In this document: positions 53,881-62,373 of the stretch, one piece after another
Numbering within the stretch: the first letter of the stretch is position 1
Layout: every line of letters starts with the position of its first letter
DNA from: a virus
Taxonomy: Duplodnaviria > Caudoviricetes
Strand: one strand, 5' to 3'
IMG/VR virus record: IMGVR_UViG_3300020577_011595
Location: 18,496-82,495 of that record
Length of the DNA: 64,000 bases
Made by a program: the position numbers and the translations under genes
The notes under the pieces: model-generated
Told to the model about the DNA's origin: nothing
The model's database searches: none
Seen by the model: only the letters and a program-made list of their open reading frames with translations

Positions 53881-54323
53881 GACCGCACCGCCGCGTGCAG
53901 GTCGTCACGGGCGCGCTGGACGCGCTCGGCGTAGGGCAAGAGGTCCGCGCAGCCCGGGCAGTCCTCGTCATCCTCGTCGGGCGTGTGGCGAGCCGTGCCC
54001 GCGCGTGCGTCGACGAGGGTGAGCACGGCCGTCCAGAAGCCCACGCGGCCCGCGGCGCCGAGCTGGCGGACGACGCCTCCCACGCGACGAGCTGCGAGCC
54101 GCGGGCGGCCCATCGTGAACACGTCGAGGGGCGTGACGTCGACGCCACCGTCCTCGGGGTACTCCGTGAACCACGCGTACCAGCCCGTCGGCCCGCCGGG
54201 GTAGGGCCCCATGCGCTGCACCGTGAGGGCGTGCGGGTCGGTCTCGAGGATGCACGCCGCGGTGTCCCGCACGACCTCCTCGATGACGGGGTCCACGATC
54301 TCGCGCTTGATCTTGCTCAGCAT
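53877..54323 (-). CDS. Hypothetical protein (148 aa)
   Basis: AGAGGA upstream. Contains a CPGC motif. GTGA overlap with the next gene. Confidence 0.65.
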   Translation of the reverse strand: MLSKIKREIVDPVIEEVVRDTAACILETDPHALTVQRMGPYPGGPTGWYAWFTEYPEDGGVDVTPLDVFTMGRPRLAARRVGGVVRQLGAAGRVGFWTAVLTLVDARAGTARHTPDEDDEDCPGCADLLPYAERVQRARDDLHAAVRS

Positions 54324-54325
54324 GG

Positions 54326-55450
54326 CTATCCTCTCTGCGTCATCACGACGTCAACCGACGTCGGCCAGGCTCGGGGCGCGGCGACGAGCCCGTGGGCACG
54401 AGCCGTCCGCAGGTACTCCCACATCTTCGAGGTGACCGTCGAGTGATGCCGCTGCATCCACTGCTCGTAGACCGCCGTGCAGTAGGCGGCCTCGACGACG
54501 TTGCTGTTGACGTTGCGGGCGCCGATCGTGGTCCGCACGATCCGGCCGAACGCTGAGCCCGCCGTGCCGCCCGGCGCGGGGATCGTGTGGGGCAGGAGCG
54601 CCGTGTAGGGCTCGCGCGGGGTGCTGACGTGCGCTCCGCCGCAGACCAGAAGGGACAGGGCCGCACGCGCCGCGTGGACCGAGACGGCGTTCCCGAGCCG
54701 TTCGTAGCGCGCGGTCTCGGTCCCCGCGGCCTTCGTCCAGCCGACGGGGAAGCCGAAGAGGCGCTCGACACCCTCGGGCGTCACGGACCGGACCTCGTCG
54801 GGGGTCACGAGCAGGGTGTAGGACCGGCTCTTCCGGGTGACGCTGGGCTGCGCGCAGAAGAGCGCCCCGCCTTGCTGGTTCGACACGCCGATGCCGTCGA
54901 CGGCGCAGGTCCACGAGACGCGCTGCTCGACCTCGGGGCGCGCCCATGGGCGACGGCGCGCGAGCACGAAGGTCCGCGGGCGCCGCATGAGCGAGCCGAA
55001 GCAACCCGCGTTGAGGTTCAGGACGTGGACGTGGTAGCCGCGCTGCTCGAGGGCGAGCTGGAGCGCCTGCATGTCCTCGGCGAAGCGCGCGGTCCCCAGG
55101 GAGTCGGCGTTCTCGAGGAGCAGGTACTCGGGGGACGCGTCGAAGACCTTGCCCAGGGCCGCCCAGACGACCGCGGACGGGCTGTCGGGGTCAAGGAGGC
55201 CCTGCCCGCCGGGCGTCGAGGCGGCCGCGGAGAGCCCCTGGCACGGGAAGCCGCCCATCACGAGGTCGACGCCCCGCACGTCGGCCTTCGTGGCGTCCTC
55301 GACGAGCTGGGCGTCGGGGAACTGCGCGCGGAGCACCGCCCGCCCCGTGGGGTCGATCTCGGCCGCGAGCACCGTGCGGATGCCCGCCTCGCGAGCTGCG
55401 AGGTCGAACCCACCGATGCCCGCGAAGAGGCTGGCGGCCGTCAGGCTCAC
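54326..55450 (-). CDS. dcm: DNA (cytosine-5) methyltransferase
   Basis: Motif I LFAGIGG, II EID, IV GGFPCQ, VI LENA, VIII RRPRTF, IX TPEGVERLFGFP, X RYERLGNAV. GTG start at 55450. Confidence 0.92.
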   Translation of the reverse strand: MSLTAASLFAGIGGFDLAAREAGIRTVLAAEIDPTGRAVLRAQFPDAQLVEDATKADVRGVDLVMGGFPCQGLSAAASTPGGQGLLDPDSPSAVVWAALGKVFDASPEYLLLENADSLGTARFAEDMQALQLALEQRGYHVHVLNLNAGCFGSLMRRPRTFVLARRRPWARPEVEQRVSWTCAVDGIGVSNQQGGALFCAQPSVTRKSRSYTLLVTPDEVRSVTPEGVERLFGFPVGWTKAAGTETARYERLGNAVSVHAARAALSLLVCGGAHVSTPREPYTALLPHTIPAPGGTAGSAFGRIVRTTIGARNVNSNVVEAAYCTAVYEQWMQRHHSTVTSKMWEYLRTARAHGLVAAPRAWPTSVDVVMTQRG

Positions 55451-55848
55451 GTCGGCTTCTCGGCGCGCAGGAGGGCGAGGTCCTCGTCGTGGATCCACAG
55501 GTTGCCCGCGCTGGGCCGCCCCGAGCGGAGCGAGAACTTCTCGGTGGCCCCGTCGCTCGGGCGAAGGAGGGTGACGTCCCGCTTCCCGATCTTCACGATC
55601 TTGCGGAACACGAGCAGGTGCTCTCGGGAGAACGCGCCCTTGGGCACCCACACGCGCACCTCGCCCGCAGCGAAGCGCGACGCAGTGTGCTCCGCGTAGA
55701 GCTTGGCGCGAGCCGCAGGGTCGCCCGTAGCCAGCGCGCCGAGCGCGGCGGCCTCCAGGTCGCTCGGAGCGGCCAGCCCTGCGACGGTACCGTCGGGCTT
55801 CGCGTAGAACGAGACGTCGACCGTGATCTTGGTGCGCAGTCGGATCAT
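55447..55848 (-). CDS. Hypothetical protein (133 aa)
   Basis: ATGA overlap with the upstream gene; MIRLRTKITVDVSFY. Confidence 0.6.
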   Translation of the reverse strand: MIRLRTKITVDVSFYAKPDGTVAGLAAPSDLEAAALGALATGDPAARAKLYAEHTASRFAAGEVRVWVPKGAFSREHLLVFRKIVKIGKRDVTLLRPSDGATEKFSLRSGRPSAGNLWIHDEDLALLRAEKPT

Positions 55849-56189
55849 GCCCCCACCTGTAGCGGATAGCTCTTGCTGACCTCGCTCCAGCGGCCCGAGC
55901 CCGACTCGTGCGAGGACCACAGCGGGCCGTCCGCCTTGACCTGCTCGGCCACCGCGAGCAGCGCCGGGACCGGGAGACCGGCGAGCAGCGCCGAGCCCAG
56001 GCAGCCCTCCAGCGCGCGGTCGACCGCCGACTCCAGGGAGGGCATGTGCCCGAAGTAGCAGCGGCCCGCGGCGAGCCGCCGGCTGCACCCCGGGTCGGCG
56101 TACATGATGCGGACCTCGACGCAGTCGATCTCCCGCATGCTGTCCACCGCCATCGTCTCGACCGTCAGGACCAGCGCGTTCGTGTTCAT
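55845..56189 (-). CDS. Hypothetical protein (114 aa), probably leaderless
   Basis: ATG lies 7 nt after the -10 element, with no Shine-Dalgarno sequence. Confidence 0.6.
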   Translation of the reverse strand: MNTNALVLTVETMAVDSMREIDCVEVRIMYADPGCSRRLAAGRCYFGHMPSLESAVDRALEGCLGSALLAGLPVPALLAVAEQVKADGPLWSSHESGSGRWSEVSKSYPLQVGA

Positions 56190-56196
56190 GGGGAGC

Positions 56197-56225
56197 ATTG
56201 TTATCCATCTTTCGGATAACGTCAA
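56197..56225 (-). promoter_or_regulatory. Sigma70-type promoter with internal palindromic operator (copy C)
   Basis: TTGACG-17 nt-AACAAT. The spacer holds GTTATCC-ATCTTTC-GGATAAC. Confidence 0.7.
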
Positions 56226-56620
56226 GCGCCCATCAGGTCGACCTTGCGGGAGGGCTCGTCGGGGGGCGGCTTGGGGCACCATTCGGGCGGAGGGCCCGAC
56301 GTGCCGGGCACCGCAGGGGCCCGCTTCAGCCCCAGGACGACGACGGCGGGCGCGCGGCCGTGGTAGCAGGCGAGGGAGCCGTCCGAGGGGCTCCGCCCGA
56401 GCAGCGTGCACCGCCCGCACGACTCGGGGCGCGTCGAGCTGGAGGCGTGCGCGGGCGGCAGGGCCTCGCCCTCGGCCTTGCGCTTGGCGCGGATGAGCGC
56501 CTTGCCCTCGGCGAGGCAGCGGCCGCACCACCACACGGGCACGGCGCCGTTGTGCCGGGAGACCGTCGCGACCTCCGACGGCCCCTTCTCCGCGCGGCAG
56601 ACGTCGCAGCGGTAGCTCAT
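56222..56620 (-). CDS. Cys-rich hypothetical protein (Zn-finger-like)
   Basis: CDVC...WWCGRC and CGRC...CYH...WC. ATGA overlap. Its stop codon lies inside the -35 hexamer of promoter copy C. Confidence 0.6.
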   Translation of the reverse strand: MSYRCDVCRAEKGPSEVATVSRHNGAVPVWWCGRCLAEGKALIRAKRKAEGEALPPAHASSSTRPESCGRCTLLGRSPSDGSLACYHGRAPAVVVLGLKRAPAVPGTSGPPPEWCPKPPPDEPSRKVDLMGA

Positions 56621-56994
56621 CGGTCGGTGTCCCGGACCTCGACCAGGACCGCGGCCCTCGCGGGCATCGGCGCCGAGATCAACCGCAGGGCGTCGGCGGG
56701 CTGAAGCGCGACCACGATGTGAGAGTCCTCGGACGCCGTGACCGACAACACCTCGCCGCGAGCCGCGATGGACGCGCGGGACCCCTCGAGCGCCGCGATC
56801 TCGTTGTCGAGATACCAGCGTGCCTTGCGGAGGTCGTCGAGAACCAACTCGCCGGGCTTCTTGCCCGCGCGGCACAGGTACTTCAGGGCGTTGCCGAGCG
56901 CGAACCCGAGGCCCCACGCACGGATGACCTTGATCGCTTCGTAGGGGTTCTCCGCGCCGCCGTAGTGGGCGGGACTGTTGACCTTCTCGTTCAT
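56617..56994 (-). CDS. DUF3310-family protein (T7 gp1.7-like nucleotide kinase family)
   Basis: VNSPAHY...EAIKVI...FALGNALKYLCRAGKK...DDLRKARWYL. Confidence 0.88.
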   Translation of the reverse strand: MNEKVNSPAHYGGAENPYEAIKVIRAWGLGFALGNALKYLCRAGKKPGELVLDDLRKARWYLDNEIAALEGSRASIAARGEVLSVTASEDSHIVVALQPADALRLISAPMPARAAVLVEVRDTDR

Positions 56995-57584
56995 GGCTTC
57001 TCCGGCAAGAGGATGGTGGTGTTCAGGCGTTCGCGAGAGACCCTGTTGAACTTCCGCGTGACCGCGGCCCCGAGATCGACCGCAGCTCGGGCGCACAGCA
57101 AGTCGAGGTAGATGACCGTGTCGGCGGCCTCCTCGGCGAGCGCGTCGACGAGGGGCCCGCGCTGCGGGATCTTGTGTCCGTTGCGCTGCTCGGTCTCGGC
57201 GCGGCGGAGGTTCTTGATCACGCCCGCCAGCTCGCCCAGCTCGCCCGCGACCGCCGTGCACCAGTCCGAGAGGGACCAATCGGCGATCGGGTGGTAGTGC
57301 GTCGAGCAGCGCCGCACGTTCGCGATCCGAAGCCGGTCGAACGTGAGCGGGGGCACCACGTCCTCGGCGGCCTGAAGCGCGTCGTCGCGCCCGATCTCAG
57401 CGCCCTCGAGCGCAGCACGCGCGTCGTCGGGTCGCCGGGCCTCGATCGACGACACCGCGCGCTCCACGAGGGCAACCGCGCGCATCCGATCCAGCGACAC
57501 CGTCGACGTCGAGGTGTCGCCCCCGCACGCCTCGGCGTACCGATTGATGGCCTCCCACAGCGCCACCTGCTCTTGCTTCGTCAT
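56991..57584 (-). CDS. MazG-like nucleotide pyrophosphohydrolase
   Basis: AVAGELGELAGVIK...LAEEAADTVIYLDLL...VTRKFN (ExxE..EExaD all-alpha NTP-PPase). Confidence 0.85.
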   Translation of the reverse strand: MTKQEQVALWEAINRYAEACGGDTSTSTVSLDRMRAVALVERAVSSIEARRPDDARAALEGAEIGRDDALQAAEDVVPPLTFDRLRIANVRRCSTHYHPIADWSLSDWCTAVAGELGELAGVIKNLRRAETEQRNGHKIPQRGPLVDALAEEAADTVIYLDLLCARAAVDLGAAVTRKFNRVSRERLNTTILLPEKP

Positions 57585-57796
57585 CGCAGCCTCCCCACCG
57601 CGCGCACCCACGCGCGCCACTGCTCTGCGGTCACGCGCATGACGCGCTCCCGCTCGCCCGCAGCGCGCACGCAAGGGCGCACCGTGACCTCGTAGCCCAT
57701 GGAGCCGTCGTCCTGCTCCATGCCTCCGCGGACCTCGATCTCGACGTCAGCCTCGCCGTCGCGCAGCACGGCGCGCTGCTCGTAGTAGCCGCTCAT
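57581..57796 (-). CDS. Hypothetical protein (71 aa)
   Basis: ATGA overlaps at both ends; GAGGT upstream. Confidence 0.6.
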   Translation of the reverse strand: MSGYYEQRAVLRDGEADVEIEVRGGMEQDDGSMGYEVTVRPCVRAAGERERVMRVTAEQWRAWVRAVGRLR

Positions 57797-58512
57797 CGCC
57801 CACCTCGCTCGATCTCGTCCGCGCGAGCGCCGATCATGCCCACGGCCGTGAACACACCCGCGCGCCGGTCGCCCGAAGCCATCGCCTCCGCGTGCTCGCG
57901 AAGACACGCCGCAGCCTCCCACAGCGCCTCGGCGCGCACGCGGCGGTCGTGCTCGGCTGCGAGGTCGGTGGGGAGCGCAGCGACGATGCGGCGTACCTCC
58001 TTGCGCGTGAGCCATTCGCGATCCACGGCGGCGATCGATCCGTCGGCCCGGAACGTTGCAGGGAGGCTCGCGATCACCTCCGCGAGCGCAGCGGCCAGCG
58101 TGTCGCGCTCGGCCTCGGCCGTCTCGGCGCGGAGGCTGGCGACTCCGAGCGCAGCGCGGTCGGCGTCATGCTGCACCGAGCAGTCGAGTCGCGCGTACTC
58201 GTCGCGCTCCGCCGTGAGCCGCTCGATCTCCGCTCGCAACGGTGCCGTCGCCTCCTCGACGACGCTCGCGCGGTACGCCTCGGCGGCCTGCGCGGCGTCG
58301 GCAAGGGCGGCGTCGAGGGCGCGGCACGCGACGCCGAGCGCGGGGCCCGGGCCGAACACCGCATCGCCCGCCACAGAGTAGAGCGCCTTCCTCGCCGCCT
58401 CCCACAGCGCCGCGAGCTGCGCCTCCAGTCTCGCGATCCTCCTGTCATCGGCGGCCGTCTCGCGGATCTCCCGCTCCCGTTCATCCATCACGCGTCTCCC
58501 GGCTTCGCTCAC
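57793..58512 (-). CDS. Coiled-coil hypothetical protein
   Basis: GTG start overlapping TGA 58509. Ala/Glu/Arg heptads, typical of phage early genes. Confidence 0.6.
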   Translation of the reverse strand: MSEAGRRVMDEREREIRETAADDRRIARLEAQLAALWEAARKALYSVAGDAVFGPGPALGVACRALDAALADAAQAAEAYRASVVEEATAPLRAEIERLTAERDEYARLDCSVQHDADRAALGVASLRAETAEAERDTLAAALAEVIASLPATFRADGSIAAVDREWLTRKEVRRIVAALPTDLAAEHDRRVRAEALWEAAACLREHAEAMASGDRRAGVFTAVGMIGARADEIERGGR

Positions 58513-58937
58513 GGCTGCCATCCCTTCGGCGGCTTCCACCCGTGGGCGCTCGCTGTCTTGGCCCACTCGGGCCAAGGGCGATCCTTGGTCCACTCCGACT
58601 TCGCCTGCTTCACGGCTGCGCGAGCCACGGCCAACAGCTCGCTGGCCAGGTTCCGCGTGCCCATCTCGTACGCGCACGTACCGAGGCTCACGTCCGCGCC
58701 TTTCGCGACCTGCGCGGTGTACCAAGCACGGGCTGCGCGCTCGACGAGCAAGTATTCGTAGTGCTCGTAGCCGTCCTTCGTACGGTTCTTCTTGGCCTTC
58801 TCGATCTCAGCGTCGGAAGGCGATCCTCGTGAGTGCTCCTGCCCGACGCCCGCGCCCTCGCCGTCTTCGGCATCCCACCACGCCACGCGGTAGACGTAGC
58901 GGTCCGCGAAGATACCGAGCCTCACCAGCCGCACCAT
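58509..58937 (-). CDS. Hypothetical protein (about 140 aa)
   Basis: YVYRVAWWD...RPWPEWAKTASAHGWKPPKGWQP. The start could also be GTG 58925. Confidence 0.6.
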   Translation of the reverse strand: MVRLVRLGIFADRYVYRVAWWDAEDGEGAGVGQEHSRGSPSDAEIEKAKKNRTKDGYEHYEYLLVERAARAWYTAQVAKGADVSLGTCAYEMGTRNLASELLAVARAAVKQAKSEWTKDRPWPEWAKTASAHGWKPPKGWQP

Positions 58938-59308
58938 GCGAGCACGCGACGCCACCAGGACCGGCGCACGGGCTCGGGCTCGGAGACCGTCAGGCTCTCG
59001 CTCGTGTCCGCGGAGGCGGGCACCGCGGGCTCGACGTTGCGGGCCTCGAGCGCGAGCACCATCGCGCCGTCCTCGCCGGGCGTCACGCGGAGCACCAGCT
59101 CGCCCGACGTGAGCTGCGCGCGCAGCCCGTCGACGTCCTCGCGGGTGAGCGTGACGCGGGGGCCGAGCTGGCGGAGCACCGCGGCCAACAGGATCCACCG
59201 CATGTTCGCCTCGGCCTCGACGCGCTGCCCGAGCTGCGTGAGCCGTCGGATCTCCTTCTCCATGAGCGGCACCGACATCGGCACGCGCTGTCCTCCTCGC
59301 TTCGTCAT
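58922..59308 (-). CDS. Hypothetical protein (128 aa)
   Basis: ATGA overlap upstream; AAGGGA Shine-Dalgarno-like sequence. Confidence 0.6.
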   Translation of the reverse strand: MTKRGGQRVPMSVPLMEKEIRRLTQLGQRVEAEANMRWILLAAVLRQLGPRVTLTREDVDGLRAQLTSGELVLRVTPGEDGAMVLALEARNVEPAVPASADTSESLTVSEPEPVRRSWWRRVLAWCGW

Positions 59309-59622
59309 CGTCGTCCCTTCTCCGCGTCGGCGCGGACCTTCTCCATGAGCCAGGCGTCGAACGCCTCGTGCGTGTGCCCGGCGCGCAGGGCGCCCTCGTG
59401 GTTGCGGAACCCGAGCCCTGCGGCCCACTCCGCCCAGCGGGCACGGATCCAGAGCGAGAACGCGAGAGGCCTCGGGAGACTACTCCCGCCGGCCTCGAGA
59501 ACGCGAGGGCAGTCCTCGCCAGGGGCCGCGGGCACGAAGCTCGCGGGGTCCTCGCCTCGCGAGGTCATCCACAGGGCCCAGCGCGGGTTGAGGCGCACCG
59601 GGCCGGGCGTTTGAAGCGGCAT
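59305..59622 (-). CDS. Hypothetical Trp-rich protein (105 aa)
   Basis: NPRWALW...FSLWIRARWAEW...FDAWL; GAGGGGG upstream. Confidence 0.6.
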   Translation of the reverse strand: MPLQTPGPVRLNPRWALWMTSRGEDPASFVPAAPGEDCPRVLEAGGSSLPRPLAFSLWIRARWAEWAAGLGFRNHEGALRAGHTHEAFDAWLMEKVRADAEKGRR

Positions 59623-59675
59623 AGCCCCCTCTTAGAGGATAGCTAACGGGTCATCACGCGGCGGATGTAGGACCC

Positions 59676-60830
59676 TCACTCGTCGTTCTCGCCGTCGGTG
59701 CCGCGCGAACGCGTACCCTCCAGCGCATCGGAAAGCACGTTGACGGCAAGGTTCGCGGCCGTGAGGTGGCGCCGGAGCACCTCGAGCTGGGGGCCGACGA
59801 TCGCCAGCTCGCGGGGCCGCAGCTCCGCGTGCACGCCCGACCACGCGAGGGTCAGGTCGCGCAGCCGCGCGGCGGTGTCCCCGACGAGGCAGTCCAGCTC
59901 GCCCACGTAGAACAGCCCGCCGGGGTACTCGGCGCGGAAGGCCTCGGAGTCGTCGTAGAGCACGCTCGGGATCGGCGGGAGCTTGGGAGCCGAGAGCTGC
60001 GCATCCCGCGCAGTCGACCGCAGGATCATGTCGACCCTGTCCGCGCAGACGCACTGCTCTCGTCCGCCCTCCGCGCGCCAGCGCGCCGCCAGGCGTTCGG
60101 CCGCCGAGGGCAGCCCGTCGCGCTGCGGCAGGTTGAGCAGCTCGCGCACGCCCTGCGCGCAGGCCCGAAGAGCGGCGCCCGCGCCCGCGGGATCCGTCTT
60201 CGCGAGCGCCGACGCACCTCGAGACCACTCGACTGCCGCCAGCTCCAGCCGCTCCTCGAGCGTCGAGCCGGGCGGCGGCCCCTGCCAGGAATCGGGCACG
60301 TAGCGCACGAGGGCCTCTCGGGGGCGCCGCGTGCGCAGGCCCACGGGGTTCCAGGATGCGAAGCCCTGGTTCTCCGACGCACGCACGACCACGACCTCTC
60401 CCGCGCCACCGATGGTCGCATCGTTCTCGGGCAGAAGGGCCTCGGCGGCCCGCATGAGGATCTCGTGGTCCCGTTCCGCGCTCGCCAGCTCGGCGCGCTG
60501 CTCGGGGGTGCCGCGGCGGAGGAAGCCGACGCGCGGGGCCATCGCCAGGGCCTCAGCGGCGTCCCGGGCGCGGAGCGAGGCGCCCCACAGGGCCGCGCCG
60601 AGCACCTCGAGCGCGGGAAGCCTGTCGGGGTTCTCCGCGGTCTCCCAACGGCCGGTGTCGAGGAAGCGGTAGCAGACGGTCCCGACGGCGCCGTCGTCGT
60701 AGTCGTGCGAGCTGGCAGACGTGAGCACGACGCAGCGGTGCAGGCCGTCGTCGACAGCCTCGACGACGAGGACCACCTCGTCGTCGAGGTCCACGAGCGT
60801 GTCGCCAGATGCGGGGAAGATGCGGGCCAT
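59676..60830 (-). CDS. Hypothetical protein (384 aa)
   Basis: AAGGAG upstream; first gene after promoter copy A. Confidence 0.7.
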   Translation of the reverse strand: MARIFPASGDTLVDLDDEVVLVVEAVDDGLHRCVVLTSASSHDYDDGAVGTVCYRFLDTGRWETAENPDRLPALEVLGAALWGASLRARDAAEALAMAPRVGFLRRGTPEQRAELASAERDHEILMRAAEALLPENDATIGGAGEVVVVRASENQGFASWNPVGLRTRRPREALVRYVPDSWQGPPPGSTLEERLELAAVEWSRGASALAKTDPAGAGAALRACAQGVRELLNLPQRDGLPSAAERLAARWRAEGGREQCVCADRVDMILRSTARDAQLSAPKLPPIPSVLYDDSEAFRAEYPGGLFYVGELDCLVGDTAARLRDLTLAWSGVHAELRPRELAIVGPQLEVLRRHLTAANLAVNVLSDALEGTRSRGTDGENDE

Positions 60831-60875
60831 GGGCAGGTCTCCTTGGGCAGGGGTTCAGACGGCGTTCGCGCGGGC

Positions 60876-60944
60876 CTAGTTATTATCCAGAAAGCGGATA
60901 GCGTCAACAACGTTATCCAACTTTCTGCTAACTATCTCACAACT
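60876..60944 (-). promoter_or_regulatory. Promoter with tandem palindromic operators (copy A of a 69-bp repeat)
   Basis: TTGACG at 60907-60902. Operators TTATCC-AGAAAGC-GGATAG (60883-60901) and TTATCC-AACTTTC-TGCTAA (60913-60931). Confidence 0.75.
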
Positions 60945-60965
60945 GCCCGAGAACCCTGGCTTTTT

Positions 60966-61256
60966 TCAGCGGGCTCGCTCGGCCGCTTCGGCGGCCCACT
61001 GCACCAGAAGGTCGTGGGCGATGCCGATCGACTGCGAGGCGCGCAGCGGGAGGCGGACCACCTCTTCGCGCGAGACGGGGGTGCAGCCGCCGGCCTCGTG
61101 GATGCACACGGCGTGCGTCCAGCGGCGGCGGAGGATGACGGCGCGGGCCTCCTCGAGCACGCACACGCTCCCCGCAACCGTGAGGCCTCCGGGGGCGGGC
61201 GCGTAGATGACCGAGAAGCCCCCGCCCATGTCGCGGATCTCGTAGGCGCCGCTCAC
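60966..61256 (-). CDS. Hypothetical protein (96 aa)
   Basis: GTGA overlap upstream; ends just before promoter copy A. Confidence 0.55.
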   Translation of the reverse strand: MSGAYEIRDMGGGFSVIYAPAPGGLTVAGSVCVLEEARAVILRRRWTHAVCIHEAGGCTPVSREEVVRLPLRASQSIGIAHDLLVQWAAEAAERAR

Positions 61257-61489
61257 GACGAGGCCTCGATGCGTGCGGTCTCCCGGGCTGCGACGGCCCG
61301 GAACGCGGCGCGGATGCTCTCGGCGCTCCGTCCCGGGAGGTGGGCCTGGTACATCGCGGCGCCGACGTCGGCCGCTTCGGGGGTCAGCTCGCGAGGGTAG
61401 GGGCCCATCGCGGCGGCCCAGCCCTCGGCGGCGGAGAGCACCGCGTTGTCGCGGCGGGAGAAGACCGCAGCTCGGCGAGGGCGGCTCAC
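61253..61489 (-). CDS. Hypothetical protein (78 aa)
   Basis: Chain of GTGA overlaps. Confidence 0.45.
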   Translation of the reverse strand: MSRPRRAAVFSRRDNAVLSAAEGWAAAMGPYPRELTPEAADVGAAMYQAHLPGRSAESIRAAFRAVAARETARIEASS

Positions 61490-61743
61490 GAGCCCAGCTC
61501 CGCGCACGTCACGAGGACGTCGGCGCCCGTCTCGGGGCAGGACTGGCACTCCCCGCCCTTCGGCAGGCAGAAGGCCCGGCGGCCGCGGGTGCCCGTGCGG
61601 TCCGCGCACCACACGCACTCGGCGCGCACCTCGAGCCCCGCGAGCGAGGGCATGAGGGCGGCCGCGAAGGCGACCGTGTGCGCCCCGTGGCCGAGCCGGC
61701 GCGCGTTGCCGACCAGCGCCTCGATGCGGTCCGCGGGGCTCAC
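61486..61743 (-). CDS. Cys-rich hypothetical protein (85 aa)
   Basis: GTGA overlap. Sequence CVWC...FC...CQSC...C. Confidence 0.5.
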   Translation of the reverse strand: MSPADRIEALVGNARRLGHGAHTVAFAAALMPSLAGLEVRAECVWCADRTGTRGRRAFCLPKGGECQSCPETGADVLVTCAELGS

Positions 61744-61955
61744 GAGCACACCTCGGCGAGCGAGCGCCCGTCCAGCTCGGCCTCGAGCTTGGCGCGGTAG
61801 AACTCCACGTCCCACTGCGTCCCGCAGCAGGTGCAACAGTAGGCCCGCTCGGAGCCGCGGGCGCCGTTGTCCTCGTGGGAGGCGCGCTCGCCACACTCGG
61901 GGCACTCGCGGCCGAGGGACACGCGGTTCAGGCGGAGGAGGTCTCGGATGCGCAT
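61740..61955 (-). CDS. Zn-ribbon protein (71 aa)
   Basis: CPECG...CTCCGTQW; GGAG upstream. Confidence 0.65.
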   Translation of the reverse strand: MRIRDLLRLNRVSLGRECPECGERASHEDNGARGSERAYCCTCCGTQWDVEFYRAKLEAELDGRSLAEVCS

Positions 61956-61984
61956 GGGGGTCTCCTGGGAGCTTGGGGTGGGGT

Positions 61985-62026
61985 GCCGTTACCGCGCGGG
62001 GCCCTTCGGCCGGGGGCGGTAACGGC
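61985..62026. other. Intergenic inverted repeat/hairpin
   Basis: GCCGTTACCGC (61985-61995) is the exact reverse complement of GCGGTAACGGC (62016-62026). No U tract. Confidence 0.8.
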
Positions 62027-62033
62027 GCGGGGA

Positions 62034-62369
62034 TCAGCGGACGTAGGCCTTCGGGAAGCGGCGGCGGCACTCGGGACCGACCGGCCACCAGCCCATGTCG
62101 CCCGCGGTGTCGATCTCCGACTCGGGCATCGCGACCGGGGCGAACCGGGCGCCGCCGTCGATGACGCGGACGAGCGGGGGGTTGCTCGCGTCGAGCACGG
62201 CCTTGCCGCAGAGAGCGCAGGGGGTCGAGCCGCCCGGGCAGCGGTCCGTGTTCTCCTGGTAGCGGCGGCCCGAGAAGGGCTCGGGAAGGGCCTTCCCGGT
62301 GACGGGGGTGTTGTCGCCCGAGGTTGCCTTCTCGAAGGGGAGGACCGTGTTGCGCGTCGTCGTCGTCAT
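62034..62369 (-). CDS. Zn-binding hypothetical protein (111 aa), probably leaderless
   Basis: CALCGK...GPEC. ATG lies 7 nt after the -10 position, with no Shine-Dalgarno sequence. Confidence 0.65.
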   Translation of the reverse strand: MTTTTRNTVLPFEKATSGDNTPVTGKALPEPFSGRRYQENTDRCPGGSTPCALCGKAVLDASNPPLVRVIDGGARFAPVAMPESEIDTAGDMGWWPVGPECRRRFPKAYVR

Positions 62370-62373
62370 GGGT

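Noticed and set aside
54325-54334. AGAGGATAGC on the minus strand matching the half-site motif, and a similar CTTTCGGGATAG at 48830-48841
   Set aside because: The first is fully explained by Shine-Dalgarno plus stop codon and is in the opposite orientation. The second lacks a partner half-site. Neither was counted as an operator.
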